From positions 32,001-96,000 of IMG/VR virus record IMGVR_UViG_3300021255_002485: 64,000 nt of DNA; one strand, 5' to 3'. The notes under the pieces were generated by a model. The model saw only the letters and a program-made list of their open reading frames with translations. It did not search any database and was not told the DNA's origin. This DNA comes from a virus. Lineage: Duplodnaviria > Caudoviricetes. A program made the position numbers and the translations under genes. Position 1 is the first letter of the stretch; each line of letters begins with the position of its first letter. This document shows, piece after piece, positions 31,451-42,551 of the stretch.

Positions 31451-32175
31451 TCTATATACTTTTTGAATTTCTCAATACAACTCGGACAGTAAATTGTCCC
31501 ATTAAAGTCATAGCAATACTCATCTTGAATATGTTCGTAGCAATAATCGCAGACCGGGCGAGACTTTTCCCATTCATATTCATCAACATCTCTTCTTACA
31601 TAGTCTCTAATTGGATCTCCTGTGTGCATCGCTCCCCTCTTATATCTGTTGTATAGGTAATGGTTTACCAATTAACGCTATCGGTTTTTCCTCTATTTCC
31701 TTATATTTACAGTTTTCACATATATATTTCACTCGCACATCTTTATCTACTGTAGCTGTTAATATATCTCCACATATTGGGCATCTTTTGCTGATCCTGT
31801 GTTTGACGACCATTGTCCCACCTCCTGCATAAACTCTCGTTCTGTATATCCGCAATTCTGACAATAGTATTCTATATATATTTTGTTTCCGACTTGGATA
31901 GTGCGTGGAATCAAAAACCTATCTGGTATGCAATGCGGGCATACTCTATTACTCAACATTAACATGGTTATCCTCTTACTATGTTATCTAAATGACATAA
32001 CAACAGTGTTATAAGGATTAAGCCATATTGCAGCTTACTTGGTGAATTATCGGCAGATAAAGTTAACATACCTATCGCTATCCACATCATAAATAAGCCG
32101 AAATAAATCAGCTGATGCGTGTTATATTCATTAAACATAATCATTCCTTTTAATTTTTGAGCCAATCTTCTCATA

Positions 32176-32598
32176 TTAAACCTCATTTAAGTAATGATCA
32201 CATAAAAGCTGATAAAGACCATTTTCCGACATACATATATGAGTACAAATCCGTCTAATCCACGGATGAAGCTTGTTGTTAGTCGGATTGTAACCTATGA
32301 TTGGTATTCTATTTTCATAAGCAACTCCAAGTTCGATGAGTGTTCCGGTAGACTTCTGAGTATGCTCAAAGCTAACCACCATAAGCCTTGAATGACGTAA
32401 ATGATCAAAGTCAAACTCTACGCTCTCTGCATCACTAATTGCCTCGCCAAACTCATTCATGTGATCACAAGGATCAAAGCAACGCCATGTTCCCTGTGTT
32501 ACATCATATATATTGTCTGCGAGTTTATTTCGCCATTCTGTAGCCTTTTCCCATGCGATATCCGAGATTCCTCCAGCAAGGTATATCTGATTTTTCAT
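32176..32598 (-). CDS. Nucleoside 2-deoxyribosyltransferase-like protein
   Basis: IYLAGG, WR, FDP, STGTLIELGVA. Confidence 0.8.
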   Translation of the reverse strand: MKNQIYLAGGISDIAWEKATEWRNKLADNIYDVTQGTWRCFDPCDHMNEFGEAISDAESVEFDFDHLRHSRLMVVSFEHTQKSTGTLIELGVAYENRIPIIGYNPTNNKLHPWIRRICTHICMSENGLYQLLCDHYLNEV

Positions 32599-32855
32599 GA
32601 AAAGGGTTCCTCCTCGTCTTTGGACAACTTATTTATTAAATACTGTATGTACCATATGGCTTTATTAAGATCCTCTACCCCATTCTTCTTCTTCCACCGG
32701 CAGAGATACTTCAGCGCATTAGCTGTACACACCGCTTCGATTCCGTTCAAACCGTCTGTAAAAGCATCTAATACCTCAATAGTCTCTATTCCACTGGCGG
32801 TCTTATAGTGATTCGGATTAACATTTGGATTATCACATTCATATATATTCTTCAT
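32595..32855 (-). CDS. DUF3310 (T7 gp1.7-like nucleotide kinase family) protein
   Basis: VNPNHY..GIETIE...NALKYLCRWKKKNGVEDLNKAIWY. Confidence 0.85.
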   Translation of the reverse strand: MKNIYECDNPNVNPNHYKTASGIETIEVLDAFTDGLNGIEAVCTANALKYLCRWKKKNGVEDLNKAIWYIQYLINKLSKDEEEPFS

Positions 32856-32859
32856 TTTT

Positions 32860-33273
32860 TCATCTCCCGCTCGAACCGAAGCCAGCATTCCCTCTGTCAG
32901 TTTCACTTAACTCATCAACATACTGTATCTCAGGAGCGAGATAAGGCATTATCACCATCTGAACGATTTTATCCCCGGCTCTGAAATGGTATTCCTCGTC
33001 ACCTTCGTTATACAGTTTGACTACAATACTTCCCCTGTAGGGTTCATCTACTGTCCCACCCAGACTTACTATGCTGTGATTTACATTCAAACCTGACTTG
33101 CTAAACAATTGTCCGAATGTTCCCTCGGGTAATTCTACATGAACACCTGTGTCAATCGTATAACTATCGTGCGGTTGGATAGTAAACTCTATTGGCGTCC
33201 TTAAATCCAATCCGGCATCCGTACTGTGCGCTCTGACAGGCTCGAACGCTCCTTTGTCTAATTTTATATTCAT
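32860..33273 (-). CDS. dut: Trimeric dUTPase
   Basis: DAGLDL, KSGL, GTVDEPYRG, GDKIVQ, RGNAGFGSSG. Confidence 0.95.
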   Translation of the reverse strand: MNIKLDKGAFEPVRAHSTDAGLDLRTPIEFTIQPHDSYTIDTGVHVELPEGTFGQLFSKSGLNVNHSIVSLGGTVDEPYRGSIVVKLYNEGDEEYHFRAGDKIVQMVIMPYLAPEIQYVDELSETDRGNAGFGSSGR

Positions 33274-33297
33274 GATCTGCTCCTTTCGTGTATACTA

Positions 33298-33326
33298 ATT
33301 ATAATATTTAGTTTTAAATGTGTCAA
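33298..33326 (-). promoter_or_regulatory. Sigma-A promoter for the dut/nrdD operon
   Basis: TTGACA-17 bp-TATAAT. Confidence 0.85.
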
Positions 33327-36300
33327 TGCAAGACGGAAAATTTAGACACAACCGTCTCTCGTTCGTCTGTTTCAATAAATCTCTTCTTGCCCTTTTCGTC
33401 CACTCCATCCAGTTTCATCTTATTTCTTTCGATATACTCAAGTACTCTAATAACATTATCCTTCTGAGGCGGATCAATAAACTTGTCTTTCTTATACTTG
33501 ATTGTTTTATATTCTCCTGTTTTCAGATTATACAATGAAAGCATGTTTTTATATGTCCCAAGTAAATCTGCTACATACCAATCTTCATCATCAAAACGCT
33601 TATCAGTAATCGTGCTGTAGCCTAAATATTCAAACTCGTAACCTACACGAGACACTACAGAGGTCTTCTTGTAGGTTGTTTTCTCACAAACATCCTTTAA
33701 TAAAGCTACATCATCGAAATCCTTAAATATCTTTTCAGTCTGTTTTTGAGCATGACGAGCGACTATATATTCCGAGATTCCTAATTCTGACAATTTATCT
33801 TTCTTAAACTGCTTCTTTCCATATATTTTGTCGAATAATTCAACTTGCTTTAGTAGCATATTGATATCGCCAAACTCGCTGAAGAAACCGAGTTTAATAA
33901 GAATGTCTAATTGTCTGGAATTCAGACTCGTCTGTTTAATATCTATTAACAGATCTACGAATGATTCGTATTCATTATCTTTAAGCTTATATAAATCGTC
34001 GGCTCCTGTATCAGACATAAACTTAATAGAAGATAATCCCTTGTATATTACCTTATTTGCAGCATCACACGAATATGATGCAACGGAATGCCGAAATTTC
34101 ACTGATTCAATTCTAATACCAACTTTTCTAGCATACGCAGATATAGCCGTCGTCTTTTCTTCATTGTCTTTATTAATATTAAGTGCACAAGTCAAAAATT
34201 CAGCCGGATAGTAATATCTAAGCCAGCCACAAGCATATCCCTCGTAACTATATGGTGTCGAGTGATTGACTGAAAACAAATATGACGAAGCGTCTTCTAT
34301 AACCCGAAGAAACGCGACAATGGTTTTTTCTGCTTCTTCTTTGGACATATCATACTTTTCTTTCATTGTTGCTACAAATCCAGGGATATAATGTTTCTTT
34401 TCCTCTGTCATATAACCGCCATCTTTGATGATAGGAATATCATTTTCTGTACCGGTCTTTTTTGCAAAATGCCGTCTAACGATATCAGCTTCACCCATTG
34501 TAAATCCACAATAACTATGTAGAAACTCAATGATTTGACACTGATACACGAGATAGCCAAATGTAGGTTTCAAGAAATCGTCTATAGCATCTGATCCTGA
34601 TTTTCTTACAACGCCCTTGGCCAAATCTTCTCTATATGACGCTCCGGCAGGACGGATAGCACTATTGCCTATACTAAGTAAAGCCATTCTATCCACATTG
34701 TCATCAATCGCTTGAAACTTCTCTATATTCTCATCTGACAACAATTTCTTAATATAATTGTCGCCTGTAGAACCTTCCCATTGGAATATTTGAGTAGTAT
34801 CATCTCTCATTGAATTCCATACATCAACATCAGTAATGTCCATATTATCTGGTGTGAGCATAGGAATATTAGCTAATTTACAAGTATTAGCAATCAATTC
34901 GATAGTATCTAATTTTAATAAATCGAGTTTAACATAGTTCAAACTATCAATCTCTTTCATGTATATTTGACTAATAGGATAAGCGTCTGTACTTGTTGTA
35001 AACGTCCCCATACGATCGTTAATACTATAAGGAGCCACAACATCACCACAAGGATGATTACCAACAGAAACCACAACACCTTTAACCATATCTACATATT
35101 TGAATAAGTCAGGATTCTCCTTGCGTACTTTAGCATAAGCTTCTTCATCGTCCACTGCGTCACAGATTGCTCCCACTTCAGATAATGATATCTCTAATGC
35201 TCTCCCTACGTCACGAATAGCTCCTTTATCCGCTATCGTATTAAAAGTAGCTATATCACAACAGAACAATCCATGTTTATTGAATATATACTGTTTTACA
35301 TCGTCTATACGAGACGGAGGAAAGTCCGTATCTATATCACTGAGTGATACACGTTCTACATTCATAAATCTGTCAAAATTTAGATTATGCTTGATAGCGT
35401 CCATTTCGGTAATGCCTAGCAACCACGCTATCACGCTGCCATTGACAGAACCTCTGCCATAACCCACCTGGATATCCTGAGTGCGACACCATGCAACTAT
35501 ATCTTCCATCAGTAACATGAAGTCTATAGCTTGATTATGTTTGTATGCTTTGAGTTCATATTTTATTCTATCCGCGTATTCTTCCCTGTTTGGATATTGA
35601 TCTACACCTCTAGTCTTGATGCCCTGTTTAATCTTTTTAATAAAGATTTTCTCAGAATCATCACCCCATAAATGAGGGTATTTATAACTGCGGTCTAATT
35701 CAAATTCTTCTACCATATCAGCCATTACATTAGTATTTTCAATGGCTTCTAATACTATATTTATAGGTAAGGAATCTTGTTTTTTATATGCTTCGACTAA
35801 TTCATCATAGGTCTTAAACGTCAGATCCCAGTTATCTTCTTCTGGAAAACTAATATTTTTAGCTTTCTGAAGTATACTACGTGCTTCCATATGTTCATTA
35901 TTGAGAGCATGAGTATCAGTGCCACAAATTAAGGGTATATCATATTTTTGTGACACTTTATAAAGATTACGATTGTATTTAATCTGTTCTTCTACCATAT
36001 GATGCTGAATTTCAAGAAAGCATCTATGCTTATTCTTAATAACAAAATCCAAGATCGCCTTTCGCATATCTTTGTCATTACCAAGCAAAACACCACCTAA
36101 ACATGCCGTTGTCACGATAATATTATCAGAAGTGTGACAAAGCTCGTCTACGGTAATTCTCGGCACATAGTAATAATGACCATCCTCTCTATTAAAAGAA
36201 AGCGAGGAAAGTCTATTTAACTCTAATACTCCATCATAATTTTTAGCAATAAGGACACAATGTCTATTATCTCGGATTTTCTCGTCCAAATTCTTTGTAA

Positions 36301-36520
36301 TATAAAACTCTTCAGCATGAATATATTTCATGCCAGCAGTTTCAATGTGCTCTTTTTTTTTCACCCATGAAAAAATTGAACCATGTTCAGAAAAAGCAAG
36401 TGCGGTCATGCCGCACTCTTTGGCTTTTTCTATATATTGATCTGGCTTTGTAACTGAATCAATCGAAGTGACTCCATTACTTAAATCAGAATGTAAATGA
36501 TATACAGTATAGTTCGACAT
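33323..36520 (-). CDS. dnaE: DNA polymerase III alpha subunit (DnaE, family C)
   Basis: PHP domain (HLHSD, SEHG, TDTH), GRGS, SDIDTDF, KLDLL, RP, LVYQCQ. Confidence 0.95.
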   Translation of the reverse strand: MSNYTVYHLHSDLSNGVTSIDSVTKPDQYIEKAKECGMTALAFSEHGSIFSWVKKKEHIETAGMKYIHAEEFYITKNLDEKIRDNRHCVLIAKNYDGVLELNRLSSLSFNREDGHYYYVPRITVDELCHTSDNIIVTTACLGGVLLGNDKDMRKAILDFVIKNKHRCFLEIQHHMVEEQIKYNRNLYKVSQKYDIPLICGTDTHALNNEHMEARSILQKAKNISFPEEDNWDLTFKTYDELVEAYKKQDSLPINIVLEAIENTNVMADMVEEFELDRSYKYPHLWGDDSEKIFIKKIKQGIKTRGVDQYPNREEYADRIKYELKAYKHNQAIDFMLLMEDIVAWCRTQDIQVGYGRGSVNGSVIAWLLGITEMDAIKHNLNFDRFMNVERVSLSDIDTDFPPSRIDDVKQYIFNKHGLFCCDIATFNTIADKGAIRDVGRALEISLSEVGAICDAVDDEEAYAKVRKENPDLFKYVDMVKGVVVSVGNHPCGDVVAPYSINDRMGTFTTSTDAYPISQIYMKEIDSLNYVKLDLLKLDTIELIANTCKLANIPMLTPDNMDITDVDVWNSMRDDTTQIFQWEGSTGDNYIKKLLSDENIEKFQAIDDNVDRMALLSIGNSAIRPAGASYREDLAKGVVRKSGSDAIDDFLKPTFGYLVYQCQIIEFLHSYCGFTMGEADIVRRHFAKKTGTENDIPIIKDGGYMTEEKKHYIPGFVATMKEKYDMSKEEAEKTIVAFLRVIEDASSYLFSVNHSTPYSYEGYACGWLRYYYPAEFLTCALNINKDNEEKTTAISAYARKVGIRIESVKFRHSVASYSCDAANKVIYKGLSSIKFMSDTGADDLYKLKDNEYESFVDLLIDIKQTSLNSRQLDILIKLGFFSEFGDINMLLKQVELFDKIYGKKQFKKDKLSELGISEYIVARHAQKQTEKIFKDFDDVALLKDVCEKTTYKKTSVVSRVGYEFEYLGYSTITDKRFDDEDWYVADLLGTYKNMLSLYNLKTGEYKTIKYKKDKFIDPPQKDNVIRVLEYIERNKMKLDGVDEKGKKRFIETDERETVVSKFSVLH

Positions 36521-36523
36521 GAT

Positions 36524-37192
36524 TTACTCCAATCCATTCTCTTTAATCCACTTTTGCTTTAATTCCTCTACATCCTGTATATATTTATCTCGTTTTTCAC
36601 CCTCTTCAAAAAGTTCTTCAACGGTATGTAACATATCTGAAATCCCATCTCTCAACTTTATCTCCTTCCAGTGGTTTCTAATTCTTTCAGCAAGCTCGGT
36701 CAGATCATATACAATGTCTTCATGATCGCCTTCTGAGAATCCGCGTATTGTATGCGAAGTAGCCATTTTGTTGTCATCATCAGCAATAGCTTTGTCGTAT
36801 GGTATAGAGCTATCCCAACAGTCCTCGCAGCATGGATAATACCAACCCGCTCCTGTCATATGTACATCCGGCTTTCCACATCTTATACAGATATTTCCTG
36901 AAAGAACAGAATAATCATCTATAATGCGTTCTGTTTCATCATTGCCACCAGATGAATAAATGCGAACCGCACCAAATTTCTCCTTAGCCTCTTCTATCCG
37001 AAAATGTGTAAGATTATCGCGTTTTATTACATTATCTAGATCCTCACACAGCAGCTCTCCAAATGATATAAGCCACCCGTCTGGAAGATTTGCAAGTTCT
37101 ACGTGTCCTTCATCTTCAATCCATTCATCATCATACTTAGTGATCAACCACGGATATTTTTCTACATTCAGTTCATACATACTAAAACACAC
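36524..37192 (-). CDS. Conserved phage protein (PDGW...KEKFG..RIY...CxxCG)
   Basis: Motif pattern common in large phages. Confidence 0.6.
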   Translation of the reverse strand: MCFSMYELNVEKYPWLITKYDDEWIEDEGHVELANLPDGWLISFGELLCEDLDNVIKRDNLTHFRIEEAKEKFGAVRIYSSGGNDETERIIDDYSVLSGNICIRCGKPDVHMTGAGWYYPCCEDCWDSSIPYDKAIADDDNKMATSHTIRGFSEGDHEDIVYDLTELAERIRNHWKEIKLRDGISDMLHTVEELFEEGEKRDKYIQDVEELKQKWIKENGLE

Positions 37193-37751
37193 TCCTCGTT
37201 GTTAATATACCGATTATTCTTCTGACTTCCTGTTCCGCAATATCTTTATTCGTATCTAACTCTTTAAGTAAATTCTGATATCCATTATTCTGTTCTACCA
37301 ACGAATTCACGACTCTGTTATATTCGGTAATCATATCAGTATTCTCAGCTATTAAACTCTCATATACTTCTTTCTGTTTATCTATTTCATTACATTTCTC
37401 TGAGAATACCACTTTAGCATTGGACAACTGTTCTTTAATCTTAGATATATATAAATCATTCATCTCCTGTCCGACACCAAGATCCACAGTAAAGAGAGTG
37501 ATTACGTTCTGTTTATCCCGGTCTACAACGACAATCCAGTTATCTCTCATATATATCCTAACAATCGAATTATGCCATTCTTTCTTTATCGAACGTCCTT
37601 CGTAAAGCAATTCTCCGTATTCAATCATCTTATTGATGTCTTCTGTAATCTTTTGTATATGATTGGATATAAAAAGATTCATATCTTGAACATCATCTTT
37701 ATCCATTATGCGCTCTGCATACCGCTCCTGAGCATGCCTTGATATATTCAT
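37182..37751 (-). CDS. Hypothetical protein with an ISRHAQERY motif and coiled coil
   Basis: HAxER motif, RBS present. Confidence 0.55.
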   Translation of the reverse strand: MNISRHAQERYAERIMDKDDVQDMNLFISNHIQKITEDINKMIEYGELLYEGRSIKKEWHNSIVRIYMRDNWIVVVDRDKQNVITLFTVDLGVGQEMNDLYISKIKEQLSNAKVVFSEKCNEIDKQKEVYESLIAENTDMITEYNRVVNSLVEQNNGYQNLLKELDTNKDIAEQEVRRIIGILTTRSVF

Positions 37752-37797
37752 AACTCCTCCAGATGAAATATCGTTTTTATTGGAACTTAATCCTTCA

Positions 37798-40700
37798 TCA
37801 TTCTACATTTATTTTCACATTTATTTTTTTTATGTCACAAAGGACGCATAGATATTTAGCTATATCTTCTGCCCACGCTGAGTTTTCCATGTAAATTGTT
37901 TCAGCAAAATGTAACATCGGATTCATATAAATTGCTTTTTCTTCATCAGTAGCTTGTTCAAATTTTTCATAGTCAGAAACAAATTCAGAAAAAATTTTTT
38001 CCATATGATTTAGATATTCTGCCGTTTTTGGTAATTGTTTCTCAAACATTGCACATCATTCCTCCTATCAAATTGTACTTTTATAATAATTTGGGTAAAA
38101 TCATCTCTTTTATATATTCATCTATTGTTTTCATATTTAAGTTTTCATAAGTTTCAAACTGTCCGAGAATTAATACAAATGATTCATGCTGCGGATCTGA
38201 TGCTCTAACATTTTCATAGAACTTTTCAAGAGCCTCTTCTGATGGATTTACTATACAATATCCTGAACAGTGTCTATATGGATACCATTGCACATATATC
38301 AATCCTTGCGTTGCACACCAATGACGTAGTTGATTTAATCCATTTATTGTCTTCATATTTTCCTCTCATAAAAAGTTTATTTCATTCCTCATTCCCACTT
38401 TCTGCCAAACACAGGTAAGTGATATAATCCTCTCGTCCAAGCATCTTCTAGACATTTTACTAAGGTTTCTATACTAATTATTTGAAAATTTCTTTTACTA
38501 AACCAAACGAATCCAGGTTTATCCTCAACAGGTACAAAATTCTTTTTAATAAAATCTTCGATCTCTGTCATTTCTTATCCTTACTTTCTGCATCACGTCT
38601 TTTTGCGCGTTCCTTGTCGTAAGCGCATTTATCACAATATCCATATCCATGAAGCCAACAGTATTCTCGGCAATATGATTCACAAGTATTAAATCCTATT
38701 CTCTGCATTTCGTTTTCCGTGACAGAATCATAAAAACCATCACCGCCCCAACTCTCTAACATGTATGCCCCCTCACTTAGATATTTTCTTTAATCATACG
38801 TTACCTCTAATTATTCTGTGATCTTCGCAAAGTCATCTTTATATACGAATTTGTCTTTCATAAAATGTCCGAAACCAATGACTTTACTTCCCCATCCACC
38901 AGAACCTTCCAGCACAATTCTACAAGGAATATTTTTGAATTCACTCAGAACAAATCCATCTTCATCCGTCAAATCAAATAATTCCACTAAGGCTTTAATT
39001 TGCCAGCCAATATTATCCGTATTATTATAATCATGATATAAGCTACATGACTTTGTCCAAATATCAAGACTCACCACATTTCCGAAATGTCCAATACAAA
39101 CAATATCACTTCCAGTAATTATGTTGTTTTCTATAGAATTACCATCATCTAAAATTTGATTCTGTGTTTTTATAATGTCTCTTAATTTCATTCTGATTTT
39201 TCCTCCTCTTCAACAACCGTAATACAATTTAGCAATGTGCCAAATACCCCATGAATATCAACGTCAATTATTTTTTCTGTAGCCAACTCAATAGGATTGT
39301 CATTCACAAATCCAACGCACTTGCTGCTAGTATGATCTACAATTTTTGTTATATATACTGGATCGTCCAAATTCATATCCATTAATTTATTTATCAGCTC
39401 ACGAACAGTCATATTTTCTCCTATGAAAGTTTTATTTTATTTAATCGCCATATTCAATATTATAATATACGGTATGTTCCACACCATTAGGAACTCTTTC
39501 ATATTCCATATACCCATGTTCCTTTGATAATTCATGATTTAGATATTTTTCCAAATCATCTTTAGATGTAAAATCGAGAGGTTTATGGTCATAAAATGTT
39601 ATTGTCCAAACTTCATTTAATATTGGTACATCACTATTATTTTTTACTAATCTCGCCATTGATTATTGTCCTCCAATAAAAATATCTTTTTATTTGCATA
39701 TCCTCAAGATCCGCTTTGTCTGACATTCTTCTATTATTCTTTTGACGCTGCACCCAAAACGAATAATCTTATCACAATCCTCACAACAGCTATTCTGTTC
39801 ACAGAAAGACCAGAAATATCCGTATACTCTATCCGGGTTACGTCTATATCTCCCCTGTTCTAATTCTTCTCTTGTCATTTCATTCTCCAATTAAAATATT
39901 ATTCATCATGATATTTTAAGAATTCATCATATGCACCCTCAATTATTTCTTGAAAAGCATAAGTAAACATCTGACTCCATACCAAATCATCAGCTTCGTA
40001 AGGGGCATCATCACGAAGAATGTTTATAATCTTTTCTACAAACTCCTGTTCTTTGCCTTTTATTACCGTTGCATATCTTCCAACACCATTAAAGTTTTCC
40101 GGGCTTGTGTGAAACAACCTTTTTAACTCTGCTATAGAAATTTTCATTGTCAGAGTTTTATCATCCAGTTCAAATTTCATACTTTGATCTCGCCATTTTT
40201 TCATTTTACATCCTCCAATCAATAGAATAATCCTTTTATTGTTGCTCTGTTCTATCCATTTCTTTTATGCTTATAACCATTGAATGTTCCATATAATACT
40301 TATCAAAAATTGCATTGATAAAAAGCAGGGCATCTTCTAATCGCATATTTGATGCGAGTAGATTATTTCCATGTAATACTTCGAATCTTCGTTCTTCCAT
40401 TTTTTTCTCCAATAGAATCAACTTTTTATTTATAATTCCATGTTCTCATTATATTATCTCAGAGTATAATAATATGGGTATATTGAATAATTTGTACGTG
40501 CTATCTGCATTGCTCTTTTACACTCTTCTATTTTGTTTAAAAGATTTTCGTATTCTATATTATGAATTCGTAAATCAGCAAGGACTTTTGCTTGTACCTC
40601 CGGAGAAGGATCTTCGTCTAATTTATAGTATCGTTTCATAATCTCGTTTTCTTTGTTAACATGTTGTAAATTCATAATCTCATCATCTTTTTGAGAGATT

Positions 40701-41321
40701 TGCTTTTCTAATTCTTTGTTTTGTTCATTTATTGATAATATCTTATTTTCCAATTCGTTAGTTTTCTGTCTCCAAAAACATATATCTTCTTTTAATTGTC
40801 TTACCTTTTTTGTTTCAAACATACGATATTAAATCCTTTCAATATTTGAACCATAATACCCTCCAGATGAAATCAATCTTTTACAGTTCTTTGGGAAACC
40901 ATTACCGGAGTCCCGATGTACTCAAAATCATTTTCACTCTCCATTGAAAAAATAAATGCGGTGCCTTGTTCTGGTATTGGAACACCGATCATATAGCGTA
41001 TATCATCTCCGCACTCTTTAATTTCATCTACGAATCCAAAACATCCACACCATTTATGATTCTCTGTGAATTGTACAACATTGTTAATTTGAAATTTACT
41101 CACTTTTATAACTCCTATTCTTCATCGCCAATATCTTCGTCCGAAGGTATATGTTCTGTTACTTCCTGCAAACCAAATTCCCTCTGATATTCATTGATCA
41201 TATTTAGTAAATCCTTGAAAAGAGGATGGTTTGCAGTGATTGCTAATGCCATTACTTTTCCATTAGATGTCGCCTTAAACATACTATCTCGTTCCCAGTT
41301 AGTTTTTTCCTTAATAAACAT
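37798..41321 (-). other. Array of small accessory ORFs
   Basis: About 13 short ORFs, most with an evident RBS. Confidence 0.75.
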
Positions 41322-41341
41322 ATCTCCTCCTTTTATTACAA

Positions 41342-41425
41342 TGCAGGAGAAGGGACTCGAACCCTCATGAGAATCTTCTCAACGAATTTTAAGTCCGCTT
41401 TGTATTCCAATTCCAACACTCCTGC
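41342..41425 (-). tRNA. tRNA-Leu(TAA)
   Basis: GCAGGAG acceptor, GCGGA-CTTAAAA-TTCGT anticodon arm, long variable arm, GGTTCGAGTCC; CCA not encoded. Confidence 0.92.
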
Positions 41426-41797
41426 ACATTTAATAGCCGCAAAATCCCATCGACGACCATATTCGCTACCGGCTATTATGTTCACGCTCCACTCTGGAAA
41501 TAGTTTTAGGTCGCTACGTAAAGTTTCCTCTGCTATCTGCGTGAAGTTACCCAACATCCTTTTAATCGTCTTCGTTCATTAATTTGTCTCTCAACAACCT
41601 AAAAACCTCTCTCTGTATATCAAAATCTTCCTGCGTAATATCCCGATCCTTTAACCAACTCAGCTGTCTCTTAATATCTCGTTCCTGCCTATAAAGACTG
41701 ATAGCATTCTGTGTCACTCGAATAATTTGTGTAATCACCAATACTGTCGTTATAATTGTTAAATACATAGTAAACATGTCCTCCTGTTTTAATTGCG

Positions 41798-42313
41798 TCA
41801 ATCTAATTTAAGAAAATCTTTTCTGTTCCTCAAATACCCGTCTTTGAATAATTCGTACATCTTCAGATCATACAATCGACCATCAGCCAGTTTACAATGC
41901 TTTGTATATGTTCCAACTATACGACCACCGCATTTGTTAATAAACTTGTCGTACATCTTCTCTGCCGGATTACCTATATACACATTAAATTCAATCTTAT
42001 TGAAGTTGAATTTACAAAATATATCATCAATTGCTTGCATAACATCTTTGCTGAAAGTTATCTTATCATCAGTGAAATTAATAATATTGAGATCAAATAC
42101 AACATTAGCCGCTCTATCTACAGAATAACCAATGAATCCAATTACGTCACAGCGAGCTACTGAAACAAACTGATGATCATTGACGGTGCTTTCTTCCGGT
42201 AGGAATTCTTCATAGTAGCAGCCATTGTGATAAAACAAGTATTTGTCATCAAACCATGTTTTTCTAAATAAATGTTGTAATTCATCTGTATAAAACTGTG
42301 CTGGCTTAAGCAT
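41798..42313 (-). CDS. GNAT (RimJ/RimL-like) acetyltransferase-fold protein
   Basis: VIGFIGY, FNFNKIEF.V..GNPA..MY, GGRIVG, YDLKMYE. Confidence 0.65.
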   Translation of the reverse strand: MLKPAQFYTDELQHLFRKTWFDDKYLFYHNGCYYEEFLPEESTVNDHQFVSVARCDVIGFIGYSVDRAANVVFDLNIINFTDDKITFSKDVMQAIDDIFCKFNFNKIEFNVYIGNPAEKMYDKFINKCGGRIVGTYTKHCKLADGRLYDLKMYELFKDGYLRNRKDFLKLD

Positions 42314-42314
42314 G

Positions 42315-42551
42315 TCAAATTCCTTCAAGAACCTTTCTAATCCTTGCTACTATAACAGGATCTTCTGTATATGCTCTTAAAATCACCGGTTGCGACAAGT
42401 CCAGACTAAATATACCCATAATTGACTTTGCATCCACCGTATAACGGAAATTCTGCGTAACAAGATCAATGTCGCAATTTATCTTTGTTATACCCTTATG
42501 AAACTTATTAGCACTATCTATTGTTGATAACGAAATCATCTGTTCAAACAT
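42315..42551 (-). CDS. HPr-like protein
   Basis: VDAKSIMGIFSLDLS (Ser46 region); no GxHxRP motif. Confidence 0.8.
   Translation of the reverse strand: MFEQMISLSTIDSANKFHKGITKINCDIDLVTQNFRYTVDAKSIMGIFSLDLSQPVILRAYTEDPVIVARIRKVLEGI

Noticed and set aside
41336-41557. 73-aa ORF in the ORF track
   Set aside because: Overlaps tRNA-Leu and the structured leader; likely spurious
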